A program made the position numbers and the translations under genes. The notes beneath the pieces are model-generated. The model saw only the letters and a list, made by a program, of their open reading frames with translations, was not told the origin of the DNA and did not search any database. A stretch of 64,000 nucleotides of DNA from Opitutales bacterium. GTDB lineage: Bacteria > Verrucomicrobiota > Verrucomicrobiia > Opitutales > JABSRG01. Below, piece after piece: positions 24,468-33,266 of this stretch (position 1 is the stretch's first letter; every line of letters begins with the position of its first letter). The DNA lies in contig JANQKZ010000006.1 in the NCBI GenBank assembly GCA_028280845.1, positions 135,512 to 199,511 of the forward strand, given 5' to 3'.

Positions 24468-27443
24468 ATGCCCACCTCTCGCACCACTGATACCAGAACC
24501 CCCTTTTACCGGGAAGCGGATCCCTTGGTTCGCGCCCTTTTCGAGAGCCGGGGAGAACGGTCCGACTTGCCTGGAAATGCTCCCATACTCCTCGATTCTT
24601 ATGCTGCCTGGCTGGTCGAGAAGGGCCAAGTCGAACTCTTTTCGGTTGAGGTAGAAGAGGGACAGCCGGTTGGGGCACGCAGTCACCTCCTCACCTTGCC
24701 CCAGGGCAGGATTTTCCTCGGCATGGGGGAATCGATTAACGAGGGCTTACTAGCGGTCGGTGGAACCAACACCCGAATCATCCGTCTCCCGCGCGAGGTC
24801 ATTCGAGATGCGATCAAAGAAGATAGTACGCGCCCTGTCGTGATTGAGCAGCTGAAACTCTGGGTCTTACAACTGAACCTTAGTATCGCCGAACCGCTAT
24901 CCCGAGACCCCGACCATAGAGTGAAACCGGGAAACCCGCTCCAGGCCCAGGCCGGCCAAACCATGGTGACGGCAAACGACCTACTCTGGCTTCGGATCCA
25001 TACGGGTTCGGTCGCGTTTGATGCAAACCTCGATGTGGCTTGGGCAGACCCGTCGCTCTGGCTTCCCTTAACCCCCAGACGCGTCCTGGTTCCCATCGAA
25101 AACTGTATTTTTGAGGCGGTCACGACCGAGGATCTCGCCAGTCGCGAAGGACAGGTATTGTGGGACAGCCTCCAGGCCTTCTATCACCAGCTCTTTGAGA
25201 TTCGTGCCCGCCTGCGGGAAGGGGACACGGCCAGAGAACTGGAACGCTTAAAACAGCAGGAGGAATACGCCAGGGTCGCTGCCGAAACCGCATACGATCA
25301 CCTGGTCGCCGCCCTGGGGAAAAAAGATAAAGCTATCCTCGCTCGCTACAAGGCCATGTCCGCCAGTCCGGTCTTTCATGCAGCAGGCCTCGTCGCCCAC
25401 CACCAGGGAATCGAGATTAGCTTACCGAAAGGACTCGACGAAGTGGGGACTACCGGCAGTCCAGTGGATATGATTTTGAGAGCGTCCCGCTTGAAGGCGC
25501 GAAAAGTGGCCTTGCGCGGCGAGTGGTGGAAAGCATCTCATGGCCCTCTCCTGGCACGCATGGAGACAGATAACCGGCCCGTGGCCCTCATCCCTCATGG
25601 ACCGGACCGCTACTTACTCCACGATCCCGTCGACGATAGTACCGTGGCCGTGACCGATAAAGTGGCTTACGCCGTGACCCCCTTCGCGACCTCCTTTTAC
25701 AAACCACTTCCCGAGAAGCCCCTGAAATATCGGGACCTCCTTACCTTCGTCTATAAAGACTGCATGTGGGAATCGCGCTGGATCTTTCTCCTCTCTTTCG
25801 CTGGCGGGGTGTTGGGTCTCGTTGCCCCCTGGGCCACGGGGATCATTTTTGATACGATCATTCCTGCGGTCGAATACAGCCAGCTGCTTTACCTGACTCT
25901 CGGGATGTTGTTCGCTGTGGGAGGTGCTGGGGCCTTCAATTTCCTGCGCAATATTCTGGTCCTGCGCACCGAAGGAATCTTCGACGTAAAGCTCCAGCCG
26001 GCCTTGTTCGACCGCCTCCTGCGCCTCCCCGTGGACTTTTACCGAAACTACACCGCCGGGGATCTGGCCGAACGCGCCCGGACCATTAACATGATTCGCG
26101 AGGTGTTTTCAGGCAGTATGGTCAATTCCATCATGAGTGGTCTGCTCGGCTTTCTCGCAATTGGCCTCATGCTCAGTTACAACGTAAAATTGACCCTCGT
26201 TGGAATCGGCCTCGGTTTATTCGCCGCCTGCTTTACCTTTATCACCAGCTACCTTAAACTCCACTACGAACGACGAATTCTGGCCCTGGAGGGCAAAACG
26301 CAAGGTCTCGTGTTACAGCTCTTGACGGGGATATCGAAGCTGCGGAATGCGGGAGCCGAGGTGCATGCCTTTTCCTCCTGGACCAAAACCTTCAGCCGTC
26401 AAAAGCAGCTCGACTACAAGGCCAGGGGGTATGACAACGTGGTCTCCATTTTTGCCGAGACCTACATCCTGGCGTGCAGCATCATCATCTTTTTCATGCT
26501 GTTCGAATTCGCCCAGAATGATCCTTCTCAGATCCTGTCAACCGGGAAGTTCCTCGCTTTCAGCGCCGCCTTTGGCCTGTTCATTGGAGGCGTCCTCGGG
26601 ATTGCCCAGTCCTTCGTCCAAGTCATCAACATCGGGCCCATGCTGGCCCGCATTCAGCCGATCCTGGAAAGCGTACCGGAGTCGAATGCCGACGCCATGG
26701 ATCCACCGGAACTCACCGGACGGATTGAACTGAGCCGGATCCGCTTCCGATACAATCCCCAAGATCCCCTGGTGATCAAAGATGTCAGCCTGACTATCCT
26801 CCCTGGCGAATTTGTGGCCTTCGTCGGTCCTTCAGGATCAGGAAAATCCACCATCATGCGCCTCCTCCTCGGGTTCAATCGTCCCGAAAAAGGAAGCATC
26901 CATTACGACAACTACGACTTGGCCAGCCTTGATGTTTCCGGCGTTCGGCGCCAGATGGGGCCTGTCCTGCAAAACGGCCAGCTCCTTCCGGGCGACATCT
27001 ATTCCAATATCATCGGCGCTCGATCCCTCAGTGAACAGGATGCTTGGCAGGCGGCTAAACTGGCCGGGGCCGATACCGAAATCGCCGCCATGCCGATGGG
27101 AATGCATACCCTGGTGAATCCATCGGCCACGACCTTGTCAGGTGGTCAAATCCAGCGCCTTCTGATTGCCCGAGCCATCGCCTCGAATCCCAAAATTTTC
27201 CTCCTGGATGAAGCCACCAGCGCCTTGGACAATCGCTCCCAAGCTGTTGTGACCGAAAGTCTGGATCGTATGAAGGTCACACGGGTCGTCATCGCCCACC
27301 GCCTGAGCACTATCATGAACGCAGACAAAATTTTCGTCATCGTGAAAGGCGAGCTCGTCGAACAAGGGGATTACCATTCCCTTATGCGTCAAAACGGCGT
27401 CTTCGCCGAATTGGCCCGCCGCCAAATGGTGGACGAGGAATAG
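24468..27443 (+). CDS. Second bacteriocin-export ABC permease/ATPase (NHLM ATP-binding type) with an N-terminal extension of about 400 aa
   Basis: 991 aa. C-terminal ABC exporter with Walker A GPSGSGKST, signature LSGGQIQRLLIARAI and Walker B IFLLDEATSALD. There is no C39 Cys motif. The N-terminal soluble region (…AAWLVEKGQVELFSVEVEEGQPVGARSHLLTLPQGRIF…) looks like a cNMP-binding-type beta-roll. Confidence 0.85.
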   Translation: MPTSRTTDTRTPFYREADPLVRALFESRGERSDLPGNAPILLDSYAAWLVEKGQVELFSVEVEEGQPVGARSHLLTLPQGRIFLGMGESINEGLLAVGGTNTRIIRLPREVIRDAIKEDSTRPVVIEQLKLWVLQLNLSIAEPLSRDPDHRVKPGNPLQAQAGQTMVTANDLLWLRIHTGSVAFDANLDVAWADPSLWLPLTPRRVLVPIENCIFEAVTTEDLASREGQVLWDSLQAFYHQLFEIRARLREGDTARELERLKQQEEYARVAAETAYDHLVAALGKKDKAILARYKAMSASPVFHAAGLVAHHQGIEISLPKGLDEVGTTGSPVDMILRASRLKARKVALRGEWWKASHGPLLARMETDNRPVALIPHGPDRYLLHDPVDDSTVAVTDKVAYAVTPFATSFYKPLPEKPLKYRDLLTFVYKDCMWESRWIFLLSFAGGVLGLVAPWATGIIFDTIIPAVEYSQLLYLTLGMLFAVGGAGAFNFLRNILVLRTEGIFDVKLQPALFDRLLRLPVDFYRNYTAGDLAERARTINMIREVFSGSMVNSIMSGLLGFLAIGLMLSYNVKLTLVGIGLGLFAACFTFITSYLKLHYERRILALEGKTQGLVLQLLTGISKLRNAGAEVHAFSSWTKTFSRQKQLDYKARGYDNVVSIFAETYILACSIIIFFMLFEFAQNDPSQILSTGKFLAFSAAFGLFIGGVLGIAQSFVQVINIGPMLARIQPILESVPESNADAMDPPELTGRIELSRIRFRYNPQDPLVIKDVSLTILPGEFVAFVGPSGSGKSTIMRLLLGFNRPEKGSIHYDNYDLASLDVSGVRRQMGPVLQNGQLLPGDIYSNIIGARSLSEQDAWQAAKLAGADTEIAAMPMGMHTLVNPSATTLSGGQIQRLLIARAIASNPKIFLLDEATSALDNRSQAVVTESLDRMKVTRVVIAHRLSTIMNADKIFVIVKGELVEQGDYHSLMRQNGVFAELARRQMVDEE

Positions 27444-27506
27444 TCCCCTACCTCTTCGTTCTCCTCGCCCCACTTCGAAGCGAAACCCAGCCAAGCCGGG
27501 CACAAT

Positions 27507-28475
27507 TCACGGCTTCCCCCCAAATTCCCGCCGCGAAAACGCGACCCGGTCCTCCGCCTGCATCATCATATGGTCCCGTCGCGATAACTGCTCAATCCGT
27601 TCAAGGCGCGGCTGCAGGCCAGTCTGGTTGGCGATTTGAATCGCGAGGCCAGGCCGGGCATTCAATTCCAGCAACAGCGGCCCCCGCTCACGATCCAACA
27701 CGATATCCGCACCCAGGTAGCCGATTTCCGTCATCTCATAACAGCGGGTAGCTAACAGGATCAGTTCATCCCATTGAGGAACCACCAATTCGGCCAGAGC
27801 CCGGCCCGTATCCGGGTGATGCTCAACCGGACGGTCAAACTGAACCGCCGCACTTGCTCGACCTGTAATCAAATCAATCCCTGCCCCAACGGCTCCCTGG
27901 TGTAAATTGGCTTTTCCATCTGAAGCTTCGGTGGACAGTCGCATCATCGCCATCACCGGATACCCGCGGAACACCACGACCCGGACGTCGGGCACTCCTT
28001 GATAGGAGAATCCCTCGAAGGCATCACTGAACTGGATTAGAGCTTCCACCATGGCCTTGTCGTTACGCCCGCCTAAACTGTAGAGGCCGCTCAGGGTGTT
28101 GTTCACATGCCGCCGGATATCGGTTAGCGAGAGCGCTTCCTTACTGGGCTTCAAGTAGCTGTCTCCATCCCTGCCCATAATGACCAGAATACCCTTACCT
28201 GCACTCCCCTGAGAAGGCTTGATCACAAGTTGATCATGGGGAGCCAGGAGCTCAGCCAGTCTGTTGACCTCGTGTTGTCGCTCTACCACGCCGTAGAGCT
28301 GGGGAACCGGAATCCCAAATTCCTCAGCCAGCCGTTTCGTGGTCAATTTGTCATCAACCCGGGGATAGTGTTCACGCCGGTTATATTGTGCAATAAATCC
28401 ACCGTTTCGCTGATTCATCCCGAGCACGCCCGCTCGCCTCAGGGCTGCAGGTGAACTGAGTTTAGGAAGCCTCAT
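27507..28475 (-). CDS. Alpha-L-glutamate ligase-like (RimK-related) ATP-grasp protein
   Basis: The N-terminus LRRAGVLGMNQRNGGFIAQYNRREHYPRVDDKLTTKRLAEEFGIPVP is characteristic of the RimK-related E-ligase-like family. The ATP-grasp core is VIKPSQGSAGKGILV...LELNARPGL. Confidence 0.8.
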   Translation of the reverse strand: MRLPKLSSPAALRRAGVLGMNQRNGGFIAQYNRREHYPRVDDKLTTKRLAEEFGIPVPQLYGVVERQHEVNRLAELLAPHDQLVIKPSQGSAGKGILVIMGRDGDSYLKPSKEALSLTDIRRHVNNTLSGLYSLGGRNDKAMVEALIQFSDAFEGFSYQGVPDVRVVVFRGYPVMAMMRLSTEASDGKANLHQGAVGAGIDLITGRASAAVQFDRPVEHHPDTGRALAELVVPQWDELILLATRCYEMTEIGYLGADIVLDRERGPLLLELNARPGLAIQIANQTGLQPRLERIEQLSRRDHMMMQAEDRVAFSRREFGGKP

Positions 28476-30040
28476 CCGTCCTCCTTAGCAGCTTGGGATT
28501 CGGCAAGCGGAGAAAACCGGATTAATTCGGTAAGCCGATAACCGGCATATTGGCCAAGCCCAAGAATACCAGCCAGTACGACCAACAAGAGTTCGGGAAA
28601 AATGAAAACGAGATAACGTAGGGTTCCGTTCCCCATCACGAAATAGGCAAGGATCGCGACAACCAAACTGCCAGCGGCTTGAACTGCCACCTCATGCAGG
28701 CCATCTTCCTCCCACAACACGGAAAGCCGCTCCACCGTCCAGGCCAGGATAATGGTAGGGAACAGGGTCACTGACGAAGCAATCGCCAGATTAAAGCGCG
28801 ACCCAATCAATCCGAACCCCACCATGATCCCAATCACCACCACTACGACAGCTGATATGCGAGGCACCAGCAACAGATCCAACCTGGATAGGTAAGACCG
28901 CATAATCAGCCCGGCACTCACTACAATAACAAAGAGGATCAGCCCGGAGAGCAGGGTCGTTTTCAAAAAGGCCATTGCCAGCAGAATGGGCATAAAGGTC
29001 CCCGAAGTCTTGATTCCCACCAGATTGCGCATGATCACAACGACCAGAGCCCCGAGAGGGATCATCAGTAATAGTCGGTAAGAGTTCTGTTGTTCAATAC
29101 TGAGCTGAGAAAGGGAAAAATTCACCCAGCTCCCCGACTGTTGTTCTGAGGCCTGCTCCAGGACAAAAGTAGCTGGCAACTGGCGTTTCATCACAGCAAA
29201 TTCAACCCGAGCATCCCGGCCTCCCCGAAGTTCGATGAGAGCGGGCCCACCCCGCTGCCACGCGAGGATATCACCGTCTTCAACCGGTTGGGGGTTACCC
29301 CAGGCAAATAAATCACCTTGCCCGTCATCACCAAGTATGAGCACACCAGGCACCAGACTCTGACTTGAACTACTCTCTCCGAGCACAAGGGCCCGAATTA
29401 AATGCGCATTATAGCCGGCCTTTAAAGCCAGGTTTAACAGAAGCCTGGACTTCGCTAAGTCAGACTTTGCCCCCTCTAACAGATATTGGACATTCTGGTT
29501 AGTGGAATCGCCCAGCAATTGAATCAGCTGGCCCATAAAGGTCACACCGTCTGCTGAGTACCGTTTAGCCTGCGAGACGACCTGGTCCGCCGCCACCGAC
29601 AGCGGCTCTTCCATGTAGGAGGGATCTAATACGGCGGGAGGTGGTAGAACGTCAAAATCCATGCTGCTCGGTCGTTTGTAAACATCGACCCGGTAAAACA
29701 ATTCCTGCCTCCCGCGCCGAGCCTCCTCTCTTGACCAGGTCACGGTCCGATAAAATCCGGTCTTCTCATTTTGCGCCCCCGGGGGGGTAAAGCCATAATC
29801 CAGAGAAGTTCCGATTTCGTCCAGGATACCCAAGGTGGGTTGCTCCCCGGGTACGGCGAGTTTTACTTTTACGGGACCTCCTGTCGCCCGGAAACTGACC
29901 TTCGCTTCAATCGTCCAGATAGCAATCTGCTGCCGGGGGATGAACGGATAGCCCACCTCCAGATACTTATGAATGGCAAGCCCTAGTCCGACCGCCGTTA
30001 ACGCCAGGATGAGGAGACGGAGTTGAATCTTGGACTTCAC
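28472..30040 (-). CDS. Inactive-transglutaminase-like domain fused to a 7-TM domain
   Basis: 522 aa with an N-terminal TM anchor, a soluble domain of about 300 aa, and then about 7 hydrophobic helices. This architecture and the adjacency to the RimK-like gene match the PF14400/PF14402 family. The stop overlaps the downstream start (ATGA). Confidence 0.7.
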   Translation of the reverse strand: MKSKIQLRLLILALTAVGLGLAIHKYLEVGYPFIPRQQIAIWTIEAKVSFRATGGPVKVKLAVPGEQPTLGILDEIGTSLDYGFTPPGAQNEKTGFYRTVTWSREEARRGRQELFYRVDVYKRPSSMDFDVLPPPAVLDPSYMEEPLSVAADQVVSQAKRYSADGVTFMGQLIQLLGDSTNQNVQYLLEGAKSDLAKSRLLLNLALKAGYNAHLIRALVLGESSSSQSLVPGVLILGDDGQGDLFAWGNPQPVEDGDILAWQRGGPALIELRGGRDARVEFAVMKRQLPATFVLEQASEQQSGSWVNFSLSQLSIEQQNSYRLLLMIPLGALVVVIMRNLVGIKTSGTFMPILLAMAFLKTTLLSGLILFVIVVSAGLIMRSYLSRLDLLLVPRISAVVVVVIGIMVGFGLIGSRFNLAIASSVTLFPTIILAWTVERLSVLWEEDGLHEVAVQAAGSLVVAILAYFVMGNGTLRYLVFIFPELLLVVLAGILGLGQYAGYRLTELIRFSPLAESQAAKEDG

Positions 30041-30044
30041 GGAC

Positions 30045-30569
30045 TTATTGCTTGGGCTTGGGTTGTTTCGTTTGCGTATAGGCCACGCTCACGTCGACGA
30101 TTAAGGTCCCCCGCAATAAGTTGCGCCCGATCAGCAAGGGAAACTCAAAGTCAGTACGATCAGCCAGATTAAATTCGTAGCGACGGGTCCAGTTGCCCAA
30201 AGTGGCCTCCAACTTGACTACGTAGCGCTTCATGGATTCTTCCCCGCCCCGCCGCCGGATACTCGCAATCCGTTCCACGGGTTTTTCCAGCTCCACGGCT
30301 TTTCCCGACTCCGGTTGAATCAAGGTAAAGGAAACCCAGGTCTCCCCGTCCCGCTCAAACGCTTCGATGTCCAAAGCATGAATGGAACTCGTCGTCGCAC
30401 CTGTATCAATACGGGCATTATATCGAGCCCCGGCTTCGGAAATATAAAAATACTCCGCCTCTCCAATCACCAGTCGCTCTACCTCCGCAGGGTCCTCTTT
30501 AGATCGCAGATCGACCGGAGGGGTCAGTATACATAGACAAAGTAAAGCAACAAAGAATCGGAGTCTCAT
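30045..30569 (-). CDS. Retropepsin-like 'ATP-dependent zinc protease' family protein (PF05618-like), secreted
   Basis: Signal peptide, then ARIDTGATTSSIHA (D-T-G-A aspartic-protease-like motif) and LLIGRNLL near the C-terminus. It is the usual first gene of the RimK-like triad. Confidence 0.7.
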   Translation of the reverse strand: MRLRFFVALLCLCILTPPVDLRSKEDPAEVERLVIGEAEYFYISEAGARYNARIDTGATTSSIHALDIEAFERDGETWVSFTLIQPESGKAVELEKPVERIASIRRRGGEESMKRYVVKLEATLGNWTRRYEFNLADRTDFEFPLLIGRNLLRGTLIVDVSVAYTQTKQPKPKQ

Positions 30570-30852
30570 AGGGAATGCCTCACCTTAAATTTCCCTACTC
30601 CCTCGTCAAGCCCCCCAACACGCCTCCCCTCATTCCAGGGCGGAAATCCTTTTTGCGTGAATTCGCCTTCATTCGGGGTTTCAGAATGGCTAACCCCACT
30701 TTGGTTTGAATAAAATTTTTACTTTTAACCCGCTATCAATCAATGATTTAAATAAAAAATGACACAAATGTCATTTAATTTTATTAGCGTATATCCGATA
30801 GTATTAACATTAACGCCTAAAATTTACTAAAACATCAAAAAAATAGCTACAC
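30570..30852. promoter_or_regulatory. AT-rich divergent promoter region containing a 20-bp palindrome (30757..30776)
   Basis: A 283-bp intergenic region between divergent genes that is visibly much more AT-rich than its surroundings. It contains aaatgaca-caaa-tgtcattt, perfect 8-bp inverted arms. Confidence 0.4.
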
Positions 30853-31362
30853 ATGAGTATCCAAAACAAAATCACCCTCCTCCTGGCCACCTTCGTGGGA
30901 ATCACGGCCACGGCGAATGCTGTGGTCAACGTGAACATGGAGCCCGTCGGCACCCAGTATCGCGACTTGGCCTTCGAAGGACGGGACGGCCAGAAAGCCA
31001 ATGAGCGCTTCGCCAGGGAAATGACCCAACACATGCAGCAGCTCACCGGAGACATGCTACCTCCTGGTGCTGAGATCACCATCACCTTTATCGAGGTAGA
31101 CATGGCCGGAAACTACGAACCCCAGTTGGACCCTGAATTCAACGACGTTCGGATCATGACCAGTATTTACGCTCCCTATCTGGAGTTCAGCTACATCGTT
31201 AGCGGCGAAGACGGAGATGTCCTAAAGACCGGGGAAGCGAAACTCACGGATCCCGCCTGGATGAACAATATCAGGGCCCCTTTCCATAACAGTGACCAAC
31301 TGTTCTACGAAAAGGAGCTGATGACACGTTGGGCAAAAGAGGAATTCCGAGGTGGTTTTTAA
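30853..31362 (+). CDS. Secreted hypothetical protein, DUF3016-like
   Basis: Signal peptide MSIQNKITLLLATFVGITATANA. The segment ...LPPGAEITITFIEVDMAGNYEP...DVRIM... resembles the DUF3016 pattern (LP-x-G-x-L-x-I-x-V-x-D-V-D-L-A-G) as I recall it. Confidence 0.45.
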   Translation: MSIQNKITLLLATFVGITATANAVVNVNMEPVGTQYRDLAFEGRDGQKANERFAREMTQHMQQLTGDMLPPGAEITITFIEVDMAGNYEPQLDPEFNDVRIMTSIYAPYLEFSYIVSGEDGDVLKTGEAKLTDPAWMNNIRAPFHNSDQLFYEKELMTRWAKEEFRGGF

Positions 31363-31404
31363 TCCTCCCACAACGATTTAAAAAAGATATCACACTGAGA
31401 AACC

Positions 31405-31441
31405 GACAAAGGCAGGGCTCTTCACAAGTCCTGCCTTTGTC
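31405..31441 (+). terminator. Rho-independent terminator after the DUF3016-like gene
   Basis: The 12-bp stem gacaaaggcagg / cctgcctttgtc has a 13-nt loop and is followed by ttgtatcgatttt. Confidence 0.6.
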
Positions 31442-32035
31442 TTGTATCGATTTTACAAGAGGAAACGGAGGGAGAGGAGGAAATGGAAAACCGTGGTCCT
31501 GGCCGACACCGCGGTCTCTGTCAGCCTCACTTGGAAGGACTGGGTCACCCGCTACATTCTCTTTCCCAAATGGGCCATGACCCTGACCATGCGCCTCATC
31601 CCAGTCCGCCGGTTTGTGGATCTTTCCTTCTGGCCGGCCCGAGTCACCAGAAACAACAAGTGGTTCGGGCAGGATTACCAAACGGCCAACTACGTGAAGG
31701 CCTGCATACTCCAACGCAGCTCCCGGGATTACGTCAAAATTTATGGTGCCCTCTACGGCTTTAAATTAAAACCCCTCGAGCGGATCGCCATCCCTACCCT
31801 GGTCCTAAACGGCGAACATGAATCCGCGTCCGTCTTTCGGCACACCCAATACATGGAGGAAAATATCCCCGGGTTGACCTTCATTGTCATCCCTAACGCT
31901 GACCACACCTCCAGCATGGAAAACCCGGAAAAGCATCTCACAGAGGCACAGAGATTACTCAGACAACCCAGATCTTTTCCAGTGCCGAAGGAGCCCTTTT
32001 CACTTTCAATTTCGCTTCTCCCTTTCTTCTCCTGA
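31442..32035 (+). pseudogene. 5'-truncated alpha/beta-hydrolase remnant
   Basis: The translation covers only the cap and C-terminal part of an alpha/beta hydrolase (...TVVLADTAVS...IPTLVLNGEHESASVF...IVIPNADHTSSMENPEKH). The N-terminal 90-100 aa or so, which carry the HG and GxSxG nucleophile motifs, are absent. There is no ATG start, and the ORF abuts the upstream terminator. Confidence 0.5.
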
Positions 32036-32090
32036 ACGGTTCAGTGACTCCAGGCGTGATATCTAGCGGCTCAATCACCAGCATTCCGGC

Positions 32091-32981
32091 ATGGAAATGC
32101 GTTCTCTACTTTGTTTCGTCCTTTTTTTCTCTCAATTCCCTTCCCTTTTTGCTGCCGAAGCCCCCTGGCAGGGTAAGGGCAGGATCGCGATCAGCTCGGA
32201 TGGCAATCACCACGATCACGATGACTGGGCCGCCACGCCACTGACCCTCGCCATCCTCGCCTCCCAGGGTCTCCAGGATCAGACCGTCCTTTATGTCTAC
32301 AGCGACCATGTCTGGGGCAATGGAGGGCACCAGGGCCGGGGTTACGAAGAGATGCAGATCAGTGCCCTGGGAGGCCAAAAACAATTTGGGTTCGAGTCGA
32401 CTAAATTCATCGCCGGGGTGGATGACCCAGAGGCCGCGTATGCCGCCATGGCCGAGGTGATCAATGCCTCGTCCGCCAATGACCCGCTTTTCATTATTGC
32501 CGCCGGCCCTATGCATGTTGTGGGTGAAGGCTTGCGCCTGGCAGATCAATCGAAGCGGAAATACGTCAGCGTCATTTCCCATTCCCCCTGGAATAACTGG
32601 CACTCCGATCGACCGGGGAAAGGGGAAGACCATAGCGGATGGACCTTTGACGAAATGATCGAAACCTTCGGAACCCGGACCGGCGGATCCGTCGAGTTCA
32701 TCCAGATCGCCAACCAAAATGGCGGAGACGGCTACCCCGGGCTCCACACCGACCGCACCGCTTTCGATTGGATCCTCACCTCACCAGCCCGCGACCAGGC
32801 TCCGTATAAAAAAGGATCCTGGGATTGGCTCTATGCCCGACAAGAAAGCTGCATCAAAAGAGGGGGAAAGAACTTCGATCCATCCGACGCTGGCATGGCC
32901 GTCTTTCTCCTTACCGGTGAAGATAAAACCAGCCCGGATCACGTCCGGCGTCTGCTGGAAAATCCAGTGGTGAAGGAGTAG
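32091..32981 (+). CDS. Secreted hypothetical protein
   Basis: 296-aa ORF with signal peptide MEMRSLLCFVLFFSQFPSLFAAEA and a His/Asp-rich segment DGNHHDHDDW. I cannot assign it to a family. Confidence 0.55.
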   Translation: MEMRSLLCFVLFFSQFPSLFAAEAPWQGKGRIAISSDGNHHDHDDWAATPLTLAILASQGLQDQTVLYVYSDHVWGNGGHQGRGYEEMQISALGGQKQFGFESTKFIAGVDDPEAAYAAMAEVINASSANDPLFIIAAGPMHVVGEGLRLADQSKRKYVSVISHSPWNNWHSDRPGKGEDHSGWTFDEMIETFGTRTGGSVEFIQIANQNGGDGYPGLHTDRTAFDWILTSPARDQAPYKKGSWDWLYARQESCIKRGGKNFDPSDAGMAVFLLTGEDKTSPDHVRRLLENPVVKE

Positions 32982-33266
32982 TTAGGGGGGTGAGGCTGGA
33001 GCTTGTAGACGATTGCTTCAGCCCGGTAGGCCTCACCATGCCGATTAACAAACGATCGGTCATCGCGAATGGAGTGAAGTGATCTCACAAATTCAGCGTT
33101 ATCAGCGGTAAAGATCGGAACAGAAGCTCGGGAAGAAGCTAGCTTCACAAGAGGAAAGGGAGCCGGGGAGACCCTTTTTCTTTCCACGGTTCCATTCTGG
33201 AGAAAGAAAACCCCCTTTCATGTAAATTCGCATTTTTCGTAGTTTAAAAAAAAAGCCAATTTCAAC

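Noticed and set aside
27444-27506. Possible terminator between the convergent ABC exporter and the ATP-grasp gene
   Set aside because: Only a short cttcgaag palindrome is present, with no convincing GC-rich stem followed by a T-run on either strand.
31271-31764. Overlapping ORFs 31271-31714 (minus), 31329-31580 and 31483-31764 (plus)
   Set aside because: They overlap the DUF3016-like gene end, its terminator and the hydrolase remnant. Only the frame that gives alpha/beta-hydrolase similarity makes biological sense.
32939-33187. 82-aa minus-strand ORF downstream of the secreted-protein gene, the 99-aa ORF 33953-34252 and the 126-aa ORF 34195-34575
   Set aside because: They have no recognisable domains, overlap neighbouring gene ends or promoters, and show odd composition. 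I treated them as non-coding.
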